This document shows, one piece after another, positions 16,695 to 27,913 of a stretch of 32,000 bases of DNA (the first letter of the stretch is position 1; each line of letters begins with the position of its first letter). The notes under the pieces are model-generated. The model did no database searches. It had not been told where the DNA came from and saw only the letters and a list, made by a program, of their open reading frames with translations. This DNA comes from Alkalilimnicola ehrlichii MLHE-1 (lineage in GTDB: Bacteria > Pseudomonadota > Gammaproteobacteria > Nitrococcales > Halorhodospiraceae), in contig NC_008340.1 in NCBI RefSeq assembly GCF_000014785.1, positions 270,001 to 302,000 on the forward strand, given 5' to 3'. Position numbers and translations under genes: made by a program.

Positions 16695-17201
16695 GTGCCG
16701 ACGCGCAGCCGAATCAATATCCCCAGTCCGGGGTTCACGCTCGTAGAGCTGCTTGTCACCCTGTTTGTGGCAGCCGTTCTGCTTGGCATTGCTGTACCAA
16801 GCTTCCAGCACTTGGTTGAGAACAATCGGGTGGTCTCCAACACCAATGCCTTCCAGGGTGTGCTGCAGTACGCTCGCTCCGAGGCATCACGCCGCCAGGA
16901 AGTAGTCAGCCTGTGTCCATTGAATGGTGGTTGGTCAGAGGGAGCTTACGTGGTTTTGGGTGCCAGTTGCGATGGTTGGAGCGGTAATGATCCAGATGAG
17001 CTGCGGCGTGTGTCTCTGGACGAGCGCCTAAACGTTGAGGCGGACTTTCCAGGGCGTTTGACGTTTCTAGTCAATGGCCAGGTGAATGGCGCGCAGGGGA
17101 TGCGCACAATCACCATTTCATCGGGGATCCAGAGTATCGATATGAGACGGATTAGTTTGCTCGGGTCAGGGGCCTCGAGGGTTGAGCGTGTGGAGGATTG
17201 A
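16695..17201 (+). CDS. GspH/FimT-family minor pilin
   Basis: GTG start. Prepilin site PSPG/FTLVELLVTLFVAAVLLGIAVPSF, followed by the FimT-like segment NAFQGVLQYARSEASRR. Confidence 0.8.
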   Translation: MPTRSRINIPSPGFTLVELLVTLFVAAVLLGIAVPSFQHLVENNRVVSNTNAFQGVLQYARSEASRRQEVVSLCPLNGGWSEGAYVVLGASCDGWSGNDPDELRRVSLDERLNVEADFPGRLTFLVNGQVNGAQGMRTITISSGIQSIDMRRISLLGSGASRVERVED

Positions 17202-17244
17202 CGCCGTGTGGTATTTCTCGTCAGACATGTGGCAGTGCCGGACA

Positions 17245-17667
17245 ATGATCGGGAATCGAGGCTTTACGCTTATAGAGGCATTGGTGGCGCTGGTCATTAT
17301 CGCTATTGGTGTGCTTGGGATAGGCAGCCTGGTGCTCCAGTCGTTGCGCGCGAGCACGGATGCCAATCAAAACACCATGGCGGCTATTCTCGCTTTGGAT
17401 GTCAACGAGAGAGCGTGGATTGAGGCTGCTGGAGGCCAGTTGGACGACTGCGACTGGGACCAAGTCACTGGTCTGGAGGGAGCTCCCCATCCTTTTTGGG
17501 CGGGTGAGGTGGATTATCTTGCCGGGGCGGGCATCCGCGTCACCGGTGCATTCCCAGACTGCGATTTGATCGTTGAATGGGATGGCAACGCGGGCGGCGT
17601 CTTCGGTGATCGTGACGACATGCAATTTGTGCACGCTTTCGTGTTGCCGGATCTCGACCAGTTATGA
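17245..17667 (+). CDS. pilV: Type IV pilus minor pilin PilV
   Basis: MIGNRG/FTLIEALVALVIIAIGVLGIGSLVLQSLRAS matches the PilV N-terminal signature. It is second in the minor pilin operon. An alternative start is at 17227. Confidence 0.8.
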   Translation: MIGNRGFTLIEALVALVIIAIGVLGIGSLVLQSLRASTDANQNTMAAILALDVNERAWIEAAGGQLDDCDWDQVTGLEGAPHPFWAGEVDYLAGAGIRVTGAFPDCDLIVEWDGNAGGVFGDRDDMQFVHAFVLPDLDQL

Positions 17668-18356
17668 GGTGGTCCATGACTCGTTATTCTTACAGGCGGC
17701 ACAAAGGGTTCTCCTTGGTGGAGCTCATGATCGGGCTCCTGATCGGGACGCTGTTAGTGGGCGGAGTGGTTGCCGTCTTCGTGAACGCTATGGCGAGTTT
17801 TGAGCGCCAGCGGGAGGTTGACCGGTCGCAGGAGTCCCTGCGCTACGCGGTGAACTTCCTGGTGCGTGAACTACGACAGGTTAGCGCTGGGGGAGGTGAC
17901 TTCGGTGTTGTCAATCCCGGTTTGGAAGTGGAAGCGGCCCCAGATGCAGCAAGAGGGCATCGTATTACCGTTCGATATCAGGTGTTCGACGATGGAGAGG
18001 CCCAGTCCTGTCGGGGTGATGATCTGGCGGAGGGTGACGAGGCAGAGAAAAGCTTCTTCGTTGGAACCCCCACTGGCGAGCCCCTTTTGATTTGTGAGGA
18101 TGACGACGGTGAGACACCTATCGCCTTCGGTTTAAATGCGTTGACCGTAGTGGCGTTGATGGTCGATGACAATCAGGACGGCGATTACGAGGTCGAGGAT
18201 GATCCGGATTCGGGGTGGTTTGATGGCAGCGAGGCGCTCGATGACGTCATCGGGCTTCGTCTCGAATTCGGGCAGCAATGGGTGGATGAGCAGACGCGCC
18301 CAGTCGAGGTCACGGTAGGCTTGCGAAACCGGATCTTTCAGCGCTTGCTGGAATGA
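17664..18356 (+). CDS. pilW: Type IV pilus minor pilin PilW (short, acidic C-terminal half)
   Basis: RRHKG/FSLVELMIGLLIGTLLVGGVVAVF followed by SQESLRYAVNFLVRELRQ. The ATGA overlap with the pilV stop suggests coupling; an alternative ATG is at 17676. Confidence 0.75.
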   Translation: MRWSMTRYSYRRHKGFSLVELMIGLLIGTLLVGGVVAVFVNAMASFERQREVDRSQESLRYAVNFLVRELRQVSAGGGDFGVVNPGLEVEAAPDAARGHRITVRYQVFDDGEAQSCRGDDLAEGDEAEKSFFVGTPTGEPLLICEDDDGETPIAFGLNALTVVALMVDDNQDGDYEVEDDPDSGWFDGSEALDDVIGLRLEFGQQWVDEQTRPVEVTVGLRNRIFQRLLE

Positions 18357-18420
18357 TTGATTGGGTTTCAAGGGTGGCAGTGTAACTCAGCAGTTGATTG
18401 AGGGCTTGGGAGAACCGTCA

Positions 18421-19653
18421 ATGAGCGATACGGCATTTGGACATTTGGCGGACCGGCAGCGCGGTATTGCCCTGATGATGAGCCTGGTCCTCCTGGCGGT
18501 GCTCTCCCTCGTGGGTGTCACCGCGATGCAGGGCTCTGTACTGCAGGAACGCATGGCGGGTGGGCAAAGCACGTTACAGGATGCGTTCCTTGAGGCCGAG
18601 GCGGACCTGGTCAGGCAGCTTAACTGCGTGCTCGACAACAGTGACGATATGCCAAACCTGGAGGCTGAATGCGGACTGGTCATCGATCCTGATACCAATA
18701 CCTTAGAGTTGACAGCCAATGCGGTCCACGCGACCGGTGCGCGTCAGGTCCTGGCTATGAATGTCCGGTTGAACGTTTTGGGTGAAGGTGACGAAGGGGA
18801 CGAAAGAGCGGGCGGTTTTAACTCCAACGCGGCGGTTTCGTGTTTTGGGGCAGAGTGTGATGTGAGCCCTGGTCCGGGCGCGGCGGACTATGGCATCGAT
18901 GGTCGGGACTATACCGCCCCGGACCTGACCCAAGGGGAAAACTGCGGGATACAGGGTGCTCACACCCGTGATTTCGCAGATGCGGATGTCAGGCAGGATG
19001 TCGCAGGGGCCATCGTACCGGAGGGTGATATCAGTGACAGGCCAGGTGCTGGTGGCGGGGGTGGTAGAGGGGGGCCGCCGGGCGGTGGTGGCGGTGGAGG
19101 GCCCTCTGGAATTATCGGTAGCCCGGATGTGATTGATAACTCAACCCACTACGAGGCGACTTACGGCCACAGTACAGCGCATGCAGTGAATGAGTTTAAT
19201 CAGCTTATCAATAGCCTGGTTCAGGGCAGGGAACCCAGCAGCCATGCTGTGGGTGCGTATGAGGAGGGGATCTACTATGCCGGGGAAGGGGATGAGATCA
19301 CGTTCAGCGGTGAGGGGCAGTCCGGCTTCGGCGGGATTGTTATTCTGGAAGGCGGATCATTAAACCTGGACGGAAACTCCTGTTTCTCAGGGTTGGTTCT
19401 GGTTCGAGGTGGGGGTACGGTAACGGGCGGGACCTCAGCGATCATCGGCAGTGTTATCTCGATTCCGGGTTTTGATGAACAGGGTGAGCCCCTGGAGTCG
19501 GCCCTGGATACTGCTGGCAATACCAGTTTCTTCTATAGTGCCGAGGCCTTGCGACGTGCCGGCGAGATCTGGGATGAGGAAGACGACGACGATGGGGATG
19601 GGCCATCGGGTATCGCGGAGTGGGGTGGCTGGCGTGCGCCGTTGAACTTGTAG
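18421..19653 (+). CDS. PilX-N-domain protein with a long C-terminal extension (410 aa)
   Basis: ATG 18421 with GGGAGAA upstream. QRGIALMMSLVLLAVLSLVGVTAMQGSVLQERMAGG is the PilX N-terminal signature. A poly-Gly run lies at 19045-19110. The C-terminus has a repetitive G-rich beta-like region (GGIVILEGGSLNLDGNSCFSGLVLVRGGGTVTGG) and an acidic end. Confidence 0.75.
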   Translation: MSDTAFGHLADRQRGIALMMSLVLLAVLSLVGVTAMQGSVLQERMAGGQSTLQDAFLEAEADLVRQLNCVLDNSDDMPNLEAECGLVIDPDTNTLELTANAVHATGARQVLAMNVRLNVLGEGDEGDERAGGFNSNAAVSCFGAECDVSPGPGAADYGIDGRDYTAPDLTQGENCGIQGAHTRDFADADVRQDVAGAIVPEGDISDRPGAGGGGGRGGPPGGGGGGGPSGIIGSPDVIDNSTHYEATYGHSTAHAVNEFNQLINSLVQGREPSSHAVGAYEEGIYYAGEGDEITFSGEGQSGFGGIVILEGGSLNLDGNSCFSGLVLVRGGGTVTGGTSAIIGSVISIPGFDEQGEPLESALDTAGNTSFFYSAEALRRAGEIWDEEDDDDGDGPSGIAEWGGWRAPLNL

Positions 19654-19706
19654 CCGTTGGTCTTGGCCAGGGGCCGCTGGATGGTGGTGCGCTCCTGGTC
19701 TTGCAC
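19652..19706 (-). pseudogene. About 55-bp remnant of the 3' (Fis-type HTH) region of a pilR-like gene
   Basis: gccgttggtcttggccaggggccgctggatggtggtgcgctcctggtcttgca aligns with pilR 20478-20532, with about 5 mismatches. It translates as QDQERTTIQRPLAKTNG, compared with LQDLERTAIQRALAKTNG in pilR. Confidence 0.7.
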
Positions 19707-19811
19707 TGCCAGATCGGTTGGTGGGTTTCGTGGCGGTGCTCAGTGATCAAGCAGGGCTGGCTCGGCTTACGCTGAGGCGGTGTGAGCGGGTCGTCCCGCA
19801 GCCGCGGTGCT

Positions 19812-19847
19812 CACGGGCGGCGGGCGCGATAAAGCCCGCCGCCCGTG
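19812..19847. terminator. Perfect 14-bp GC-rich hairpin between the convergent pilX-like and DUF4399 genes (possible bidirectional terminator)
   Basis: cacgggcggcgggc-gcgataaa-gcccgccgcccgtg. Neither side has a clear U-tract. Confidence 0.45.
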
Positions 19848-19855
19848 GGACGCGA

Positions 19856-20305
19856 CTATTCGACGGTGATCTGAATCGTCTCGGAGACGACCGGTGGGTC
19901 AAAGCTGATGTGGCGGTAGTCCATGAACAGCAGTTGCAGGGTGTGGGTGCCGGGTTCGAGTTCGATCTTGCCCTCGGTCTGGCCACCACCGAAGTGGCGC
20001 GTTTGATCGGTGAAGGGTAATGACCCATCCAGGTCGATTTCGTCCAGCGGCTTGTTGATCAGCAGGTGATGGTGGCCGGTGTTGTCGGCCTCCAGGCCAG
20101 CCGGGGCCACACCCATGCCGCGCAGCCCCATCTGCACGTGGACCGGGCTTTCGACGGTGTCACCGTCCTGTGGGCTGATGAAATAGACCTTGGCGTCTTC
20201 CGGTGCCGAGATGCGTTCCACGCCCGTGGCGCTGCCGGCCGCCAGTGCGAGTCCGCCGGTCAATACCAGAAGGGCTGACGTTCGGGCAAGTGATTGTAGT
20301 TTCAT
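19856..20305 (-). CDS. Secreted DUF4399-like protein
   Basis: ATG 20305 with GGAGGAG upstream. Signal peptide MKLQSLARTSALLVLTGGLALAAGSA. The motif NTGHHHLLIN is as recalled for DUF4399 proteins. Confidence 0.7.
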   Translation of the reverse strand: MKLQSLARTSALLVLTGGLALAAGSATGVERISAPEDAKVYFISPQDGDTVESPVHVQMGLRGMGVAPAGLEADNTGHHHLLINKPLDEIDLDGSLPFTDQTRHFGGGQTEGKIELEPGTHTLQLLFMDYRHISFDPPVVSETIQITVE

Positions 20306-20397
20306 CTCCTCCGCGCTCCTTCGGCTTGTTGCCAGCCGTGTTGAATGCGTCAAAAGTATAGCCTACGTGAGGCCATTCACCGCGTTCGGCGCAGCGG

Positions 20398-21753
20398 CTA
20401 CTCCATTTCCAGCTTTTTCAGCTTGTAGCGCAGGGAGCGGAAGCTGATGCCCAGCAGGTTGGCGGCGGCGGTCTTATTGCCGTTGGTCTTGGCCAGGGCC
20501 CGCTGGATGGCGGTGCGCTCCAGGTCCTGCAGGTAGCCTTCCAGCTCGAAGCCCTCATCCGGTTCGGGGATCGCCAACTCACTGTTCTGCTGTGCCGGGG
20601 CGGAGGCGTCGCCGTCCGGCAGGTGCAGGTCCTCCACGTCGATGACGCCTTCGTCGGCCAGCGTCAGCGCCCGTTCCAGGATGTTCTCCAACTCCCGCAC
20701 ATTGCCCCGAAAGGGGTGGCGCTGCAGGGCGCGCAGGGCGTCGGTGGTCAGGCGCGGTCGTAGTTCCGGGTCGTCGCCCACCATCTTTTCCAGCAGGTGA
20801 TCGATCAGCGGGGGGATGTCTTCGGGGCGCTCGCGCAGGGGTGGGATGGAGAGCGGGATGACGTTCAGCCGGTAGTAGAGGTCCTCGCGGAAGGCGCCTT
20901 CCGCCACCCGGCGGGCCAGATCCTGGTGGGTGGCGGAAAGGATGCGTACGTCCACCGGGACCTCCTTGCTGGCCCCCACCGGGCGCACCCGTTTCTCCTG
21001 AATGGCCCGGAGTAGTTTGACCTGCATAGGCAGGGGCAGCTCGGCCACCTCATCCAGAAACAGGGTGCCGCCTTCGGCGGTCTGGAACAGCCCCTTGTGG
21101 TCGGCGTGGGCTCCGGTGAAGGCGCCCTTTTTGTGGCCGAAGAACTCCGACTCCATCAGCTCGGAGGGGATGGCGCCACAGTTGACGGGCACGAAGGGGC
21201 CGTCACGGCGCGGGCCCTTGTCGTGGATCAGGCGGGCGACCAGCTCCTTGCCGGTGCCGGAGGGGCCTTGGATGTAGACCGGTGCCTGGCTGCGGGCCAG
21301 TTTGACGATCATGCCGCGGATCCGGCGCATGGCCTCGGAGTCGCCCAGCAGCACGTCGCGGGAGCGGCGGTCGATGGCGCTTTCCGGTCCCAGCTTGAGG
21401 GCCTGGTTGACCACCTGGCGCAGGGTGTCGACGTCCAGCGGTTTGGGGACGAAGTCGAAGGCACCGGCCTTCATGGCCTCCACGGCGGTGTCCATATTGC
21501 CGTAGGCGGTGATCACCGCGGTGGGCATGTCGGGGAAGCGCTTCTGGATGTAGCGGACCAGTTCGATGCCGTTGCCATCCGGCAGGCGCATGTCTGTCAG
21601 GCAGAGATCGTAGGCCTGTTCCTGCAGCCGGTCCCGCGCCTCGCGCAGGCTGGCGGCGGTGCGGCAGTTGATGCCCATGCGGCGCAGGGTGATGCCCAGC
21701 AGGTCGCGGATGTCCGGTTCGTCGTCCACCACGAGCACTTGTGGTGCGGCCAT
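20398..21753 (-). CDS. pilR: Sigma-54-dependent response regulator, PilR type
   Basis: Receiver domain (VLVVDDEPDIRDLL...LCLTDMRLPDGNG). AAA+ sigma-54 activator domain (GPSGTGKELVARLIH, GAFTGA, ESEFFGH, LFLDEV). C-terminal HTH domain YLQDLERTAIQRALAKTNGNKTAAANLLGISFRSLRYKLKKL, as in PilR. Start MAAPQV at 21753. Confidence 0.85.
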   Translation of the reverse strand: MAAPQVLVVDDEPDIRDLLGITLRRMGINCRTAASLREARDRLQEQAYDLCLTDMRLPDGNGIELVRYIQKRFPDMPTAVITAYGNMDTAVEAMKAGAFDFVPKPLDVDTLRQVVNQALKLGPESAIDRRSRDVLLGDSEAMRRIRGMIVKLARSQAPVYIQGPSGTGKELVARLIHDKGPRRDGPFVPVNCGAIPSELMESEFFGHKKGAFTGAHADHKGLFQTAEGGTLFLDEVAELPLPMQVKLLRAIQEKRVRPVGASKEVPVDVRILSATHQDLARRVAEGAFREDLYYRLNVIPLSIPPLRERPEDIPPLIDHLLEKMVGDDPELRPRLTTDALRALQRHPFRGNVRELENILERALTLADEGVIDVEDLHLPDGDASAPAQQNSELAIPEPDEGFELEGYLQDLERTAIQRALAKTNGNKTAAANLLGISFRSLRYKLKKLEME

Positions 21754-21874
21754 GGTCCAGTCCCTCGGCTGACGCGGGCGGGGTGTCAAAATACGTCACC
21801 ATGGTACTACGCTGGCCAAAGCCGCAATGTGCGAGACCGCACACTATTGGCGCGGATGGGACGGGGTCGGGGCG

Positions 21875-22213
21875 CTATCCGTCGGGTTCCGCCGGGCCGC
21901 GCACGGCCTCGCGCTTGTTCGAGGTGAACCCTCCCTCGCCGTCCGGGTAGTGGATCAGCGTGGTCACCACCCGGTCGGGCGCGGTGGTGTGGGGGGTGTA
22001 CTGGTGGTAGCCGTCCTCGGTGACCCCGACGGGGATCATGTAGAGGTTCTCGCCCACCTTCACCGCGCCCTCGGGCAGCCCGGTCTCCGACTCCGCCTGC
22101 GGCGGCGGTGGAGCGTCCGGGCGGTCCGGGGCGTCATTGCCGCTGCAGCCGGTGGCTGTCAGCATGCCCAATGCCATGGCCAGGCCTGCGTAGTGTCCAC
22201 GTCCTTTCGCCAT
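21875..22213 (-). CDS. Hypothetical lipoprotein
   Basis: Lipobox LTATGC after a short signal sequence. The ATG overlaps the pyrE stop as TAATG. No family was recognised. Confidence 0.6.
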   Translation of the reverse strand: MAKGRGHYAGLAMALGMLTATGCSGNDAPDRPDAPPPPQAESETGLPEGAVKVGENLYMIPVGVTEDGYHQYTPHTTAPDRVVTTLIHYPDGEGGFTSNKREAVRGPAEPDG

Positions 22214-22866
22214 TATTGCACCCCGTAGCGGTTGCGGTAGGCACGGATGCGTTGCAGATCGTCCTCGTGCCGGCCGGTGCGTGCCAGCCAGGCCTCCAGG
22301 TCGTCCAGGCAGATGATGTTGACCACGGGCAGGTCGAGCCCGCGCTCCACCTCCTGGACCGCCGACTGCTCACCCTCGCCGCGTTCCTGGCGGTCCAGGG
22401 CGATGATCACCCCGGCCGGCTGCGCCCCGTGCTCGCGGATTAGGTCCACCGCGCCGCGCACGGACATGCCGGAGGAGATGACGTCGTCGATGATCAGCAC
22501 CCGGCGGCGCAGCGGGGCGCCCACCAGGTTGTTGCCCTCGCCGTGGGTCTTGGCCTCCTTGCGGTCGAAGGCGTAGGGGACGTCCCGGCCGTGGTGTTCG
22601 GCCAGGGCGATGGAGAGCGAGGCGGCCAGCGGGATGCCCTTGTAGGCGGGGCCGAACACCATGTCGAACTCGAGCCCCGAGTCCACCAGGGCCTGGGCAT
22701 AGTGCTGACCGAGCCGGGCCAGGGCCTGGCCGCTGTTGAACAGCCCGGTGTTGAAGAAGTAGGGGCTCTGGCGCCCGGACTTGAGGGTGAAGTCGCCGAA
22801 GCGCAGCACCTCGCGCTCCAGGGCGAACTCGATGAAGCGGGTCTTGTGGTCGGTGGTGTCGGTCAT
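22213..22866 (-). CDS. pyrE: Orotate phosphoribosyltransferase
   Basis: [28 protein letters not shown] and the PRPP-binding motif [16 protein letters not shown] at 22866; the ORF-track start at 22872 is TTG. Confidence 0.93.
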   Translation of the reverse strand: MTDTTDHKTRFIEFALEREVLRFGDFTLKSGRQSPYFFNTGLFNSGQALARLGQHYAQALVDSGLEFDMVFGPAYKGIPLAASLSIALAEHHGRDVPYAFDRKEAKTHGEGNNLVGAPLRRRVLIIDDVISSGMSVRGAVDLIREHGAQPAGVIIALDRQERGEGEQSAVQEVERGLDLPVVNIICLDDLEAWLARTGRHEDDLQRIRAYRNRYGVQ

Positions 22867-22877
22867 GGCCAAGGTCT

Positions 22878-25526
22878 CTACCCGGTGTTGCGCATGCCGG
22901 CGGCGATGCCGTTGATGGCCACCATGAGCACGCGGCGGAGCTGTTCATCGTCGCACAGGCGGCTGCGGTAGAGCAGCTCGGCCTGCAGCAGGTTGAGCGG
23001 GTCCACGTAGGGGTTGCGCACGTCCACCGCGCGGCGGACTACCGGGAAGTCGGCCAGCGGCCGTTCGTGCCCGGTGACGCTAAGCACGGCGTCCAGGGTC
23101 TTGCGGTAGCGCCCGCGCAGCTGCTCGCCCATGCCGTGGAGCTCTTCCGGCACCAGGCGGCGGTCGTAGAGGCTGGCCACGCCCGGGTCGCCCTTGGCCA
23201 GGACCATCTCCACCATGTCCAGGAAGGCCTCGAAGAAGGGCCACTGCTGGAACATCTCCCGCAGGGTGTCGCCTAGGTCCTCCTCCAGCGCCTCGCTCAG
23301 CGCATCGCCCACGCCCAGCCAGGCGGGCAGCATCAGGCGGGTCTGGGTCCAGGCGAAGATCCAGGGGATGGCCCGCAGGTTGTCGACGGTGAGCGCCTTC
23401 TGGTTGCGCTTGGCCGGACGGCTGCCGATGGCCAGCTGGCCGATCTCGCGCACCGGGGTGGCGGCCTGGAAGTACTCGATGAACTCTGGTGTCTCCTTGA
23501 CCAGCCCGCGGTAGGCCCCGCAGGCGGTGTCGCTGAGCCGGTCCATCACCTCGCGCCATTCGGGCCGCGGTTCGGCCGGCGGCTGCAGGGTGGCCTCCAG
23601 CACCGCGGCGGTGTAGATCTCGAGGTTGCGCAGGGCGATGCCGGGCAGGCCGAACTTGGACTGGATGACTTCGCCCTGTTCGGTGACCCGCAGGGTGCCC
23701 TTGACCGAACCGGGCGGCAGTGAGAGCACGGCGGCGTGGGTGGGACCGCCGCCGCGGCCGATGGAACCGCCCCGGCCGTGGAACAGAGTGAGTTGGATGC
23801 CGTTTTCCTCGGCCAGGGCCACCAGGGCCTCCTGGGCCTGGTAGAGGGTCCAGGCAGCGGTGAGGTGCCCGGCATCCTTGCCCGAGTCGGAGTAGCCGAT
23901 CATGATCTCCTGGTGGCCGCCGATCCGGTCGCGATACCAGGGCTGTTCGAACAGTACCCGCATGGTCTCGGCGGCGTTCTGCAGGGTGTCCCGGGTCTCG
24001 AACAGCGGGACGCTGCGCAGCGGTTGGGTGACACCGCAGGCCTTTTGCAGCAGCTCCACCGCGAGGATGTCGGAGGGGTGTTCGGCCATGGAAATGATGT
24101 AGGCGCCCAGGCCGTCGCTGCCCAGCTCGGCCAGGGTGCGGCAGGTCTCGAGGACCTCGGCGGCCTCCTCGCCCGGTTCCAGGTCGTCCGGGATCAGCGG
24201 CCGGCGGCTGGCCAGCTCGCTCAATAGCCAGCGCTGACGGGCCTCCTCGTCCCACTGGTCGTAGCGGCCCAGGCCCAGGGCGCTGGTGATCTCGGAGAGG
24301 GCGTCGGCGTGGCGGTCGGCGTGCTGGCGGATGTCGAGCCGGGTGAGGGTGAGGCCGAAGCAGGAGACCCGGCGAATAGTGTCCAGCAACTCGCCCTCGG
24401 CCACCTGGCCAGCGCCGCAGCGGTGGAGCGAGTGGTAGCAGGTCAGCAGCGGCCGCAGTAGGTCCTCCTTGTCCAGTAGCACTTCGCCCTCGGGCGGGCG
24501 CTTGCCGGCCAGGCGGGCTTCCACCCAGCGCTGGGTCAGGCGCAACCGGGCCCGCAGGCGTTTGAGCAGCACCCGGTAGGGCTCCCAGGCGTCGCCCACC
24601 AGCTCGCGCAGGGCCTGGTCACAGCGGGTCATGGACAGGGTGTTGATGAGGGTCTGGATTTCCTTTTCGTACAGGGTGGCGGCCATCCAGCGGCCGGCCA
24701 GGCAGACCTCCCGGGTGACCCGGGCGGTGACGTTGGGATTGCCGTCTCGGTCACCGCCCATCCAGGAGCCGAAGCGGATGGGGGCGGCGTCCAGCGGCAG
24801 GGCGCGTCCGGTGTGCTCGCGCAGACTGCGGTCGAGGTTGCGCAGATAACGGGGGACGGCGTCCCAGAGCACTTGTTCCATTACCGCCAGGCCCCAGCGC
24901 GCCTCGTCCACCGGCGTGGGCCGGCGGCGGCGGATCTCGTCGCTCTGCCAGGCACCGATGATCTCCCGGCGCAGGCCGGCGGTGACCTCCTCGGTTTCGT
25001 CGGGGGTCAGGTCCAACCGGTCGCGGCCGTCCAGCAGCCGGGCGATGCGGTTGTACTTCTGCAGCATGGTACGGCGCTGGGTCTCGGTGGGGTGGGCGGT
25101 GAGGACCAGCTCGATGTCCAGCTCGCAGGCGGCGTGGTAGAGGGCCTCGGGGTCGGTCTCGCCCTGCAGCAGGCGGGGGAAGGCCTCGGCCAGCGAGCCC
25201 TTGAGCGGGCTGGCGTCCGGGCTGCGCGCCCACTCGCGGCTGCGCCGGACGCGATGGTGCTGTTCGGCGATGTTGGCCAGGTTGAGGAACTGCGAGAAGG
25301 CGCGGGCGACGGGCATGATCTGGTGCTCATCCAGCGAGCCCAGCTCCTGCTCGAGGGCCTCGGCGGCGCCCTGATCCCCGGCGCGCGCCTGTTTGGCCAG
25401 GGCGCGGATGCGCTCCACGGTGTCGAAGAGATCCGTGCCCTCCTGCTCCTTCAGGGTGTCGCCCAGCATCTCGCCGAGTAGGCGAATGTCGTCGCGCAGG
25501 GCGGCATCGGAATCCTGAATGCTCAT
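22878..25526 (-). CDS. ppc: Phosphoenolpyruvate carboxylase
   Basis: [33 protein letters not shown] and the C-terminal AAGMRNTG are all hallmark Ppc motifs. Length 882 aa. Confidence 0.97.
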   Translation of the reverse strand: MSIQDSDAALRDDIRLLGEMLGDTLKEQEGTDLFDTVERIRALAKQARAGDQGAAEALEQELGSLDEHQIMPVARAFSQFLNLANIAEQHHRVRRSREWARSPDASPLKGSLAEAFPRLLQGETDPEALYHAACELDIELVLTAHPTETQRRTMLQKYNRIARLLDGRDRLDLTPDETEEVTAGLRREIIGAWQSDEIRRRRPTPVDEARWGLAVMEQVLWDAVPRYLRNLDRSLREHTGRALPLDAAPIRFGSWMGGDRDGNPNVTARVTREVCLAGRWMAATLYEKEIQTLINTLSMTRCDQALRELVGDAWEPYRVLLKRLRARLRLTQRWVEARLAGKRPPEGEVLLDKEDLLRPLLTCYHSLHRCGAGQVAEGELLDTIRRVSCFGLTLTRLDIRQHADRHADALSEITSALGLGRYDQWDEEARQRWLLSELASRRPLIPDDLEPGEEAAEVLETCRTLAELGSDGLGAYIISMAEHPSDILAVELLQKACGVTQPLRSVPLFETRDTLQNAAETMRVLFEQPWYRDRIGGHQEIMIGYSDSGKDAGHLTAAWTLYQAQEALVALAEENGIQLTLFHGRGGSIGRGGGPTHAAVLSLPPGSVKGTLRVTEQGEVIQSKFGLPGIALRNLEIYTAAVLEATLQPPAEPRPEWREVMDRLSDTACGAYRGLVKETPEFIEYFQAATPVREIGQLAIGSRPAKRNQKALTVDNLRAIPWIFAWTQTRLMLPAWLGVGDALSEALEEDLGDTLREMFQQWPFFEAFLDMVEMVLAKGDPGVASLYDRRLVPEELHGMGEQLRGRYRKTLDAVLSVTGHERPLADFPVVRRAVDVRNPYVDPLNLLQAELLYRSRLCDDEQLRRVLMVAINGIAAGMRNTG

Positions 25527-25649
25527 CGGTCGCTCCTCGGTGATTCGAATGTGCGCAGCTTACAAAGGTTTTGTGCCGCGGTGCTACCCGGCCGTTACAA
25601 AATGCCGCGAGGTTGGCTTGGGTTGCCACGTCGCTGCGCGCGGGCCTTC

Positions 25650-26066
25650 CCCACCGTCACTGCGGGAAATGCCACCCCCCACAACCGCCACTGCGGGAAG
25701 TGCCCCCACCCACAAAGGCACCGTCACTGCGAGGAGGCGAAGCCGACGCGGCAGTCTACCCCTCTGGATCGCCGCGGGCCTTCGGCCCTCGCGATGACGG
25801 GGGTGTTGCCCCCACCGTCACTGCGAGGAGGCGAAGCCGACGCGGCAGTCCACCGCTCTGGATCGCCGCGGGCCTTCGGCCCTCGCGATGACGGGGGTGT
25901 TGCCCCCACCGTCACTGCGAGGAGGCGAAGCCGACGCGGCAGTCTACCGCCCTGGATCGCCACGGGCCTTCGGCCCTCGCGATGACGGGGGAAAGCCTTC
26001 GGCCCTCGCGATGACGGGGGAAAGCCTTCGGCCCTCGCGATGACGGGGGAAAGCCTTCGGCCGTCC
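25650..26066 (+). repeat. REP-like array C: two degenerate half-sites, three full 80-bp units at a 94-bp period (25721, 25815, 25909), then three 29-bp-period half-units
   Basis: The full unit is ccgtcactgcgaggaggcgaagccgacgcggcagtc(t/c)acc(c/g)c(t/c)ctggatcgcc(g/a)cgggccttcggccctcgcgatgacgg. The half-units gggaaagccttcggccctcgcgatgacgg end at 25988, 26017 and 26046. Confidence 0.92.
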
Positions 26067-26074
26067 AGACCATG

Positions 26075-26108
26075 AAAAAACCCCGGGCGGCGGGGCCGCT
26101 CCGGGGCT
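26075..26108 (-). terminator. Rho-independent terminator of the icd-CBS gene
   Basis: The minus strand reads agccccgg-agcggccccgccgc-ccggggt followed by tttttc. Confidence 0.75.
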
Positions 26109-26152
26109 TAAGACAACAGGCCGTGGGGCGCTGCCCTAAGGGGCCGTGTTGC

Positions 26153-27913
<1,761 letters not shown>

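Noticed and set aside
16538-16819. Small ORFs (93 and 65 aa) in the pilin-fimT intergenic region
   Set aside because: They have no SD and an odd composition, and they overlap the fimT-like start. The region is better explained as promoter or leader DNA.
22866-22880. The tight ppc-pyrE-lipoprotein packing (gap of about 11 nt from the ppc stop to ATG 22866, TAATG overlap at 22213) considered as a noteworthy operon
   Set aside because: Compact junctions are ordinary in this genome, and no regulatory structure such as a pyrE attenuator is visible.
25650-26066. Regularly spaced repeats considered as a CRISPR array
   Set aside because: There are no unique spacers. The 14-nt inter-unit segments are themselves conserved and the 29-bp half-units are contiguous. 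The units are long hairpins of REP/BIME type, no cas genes are nearby, and the same units occur singly elsewhere.
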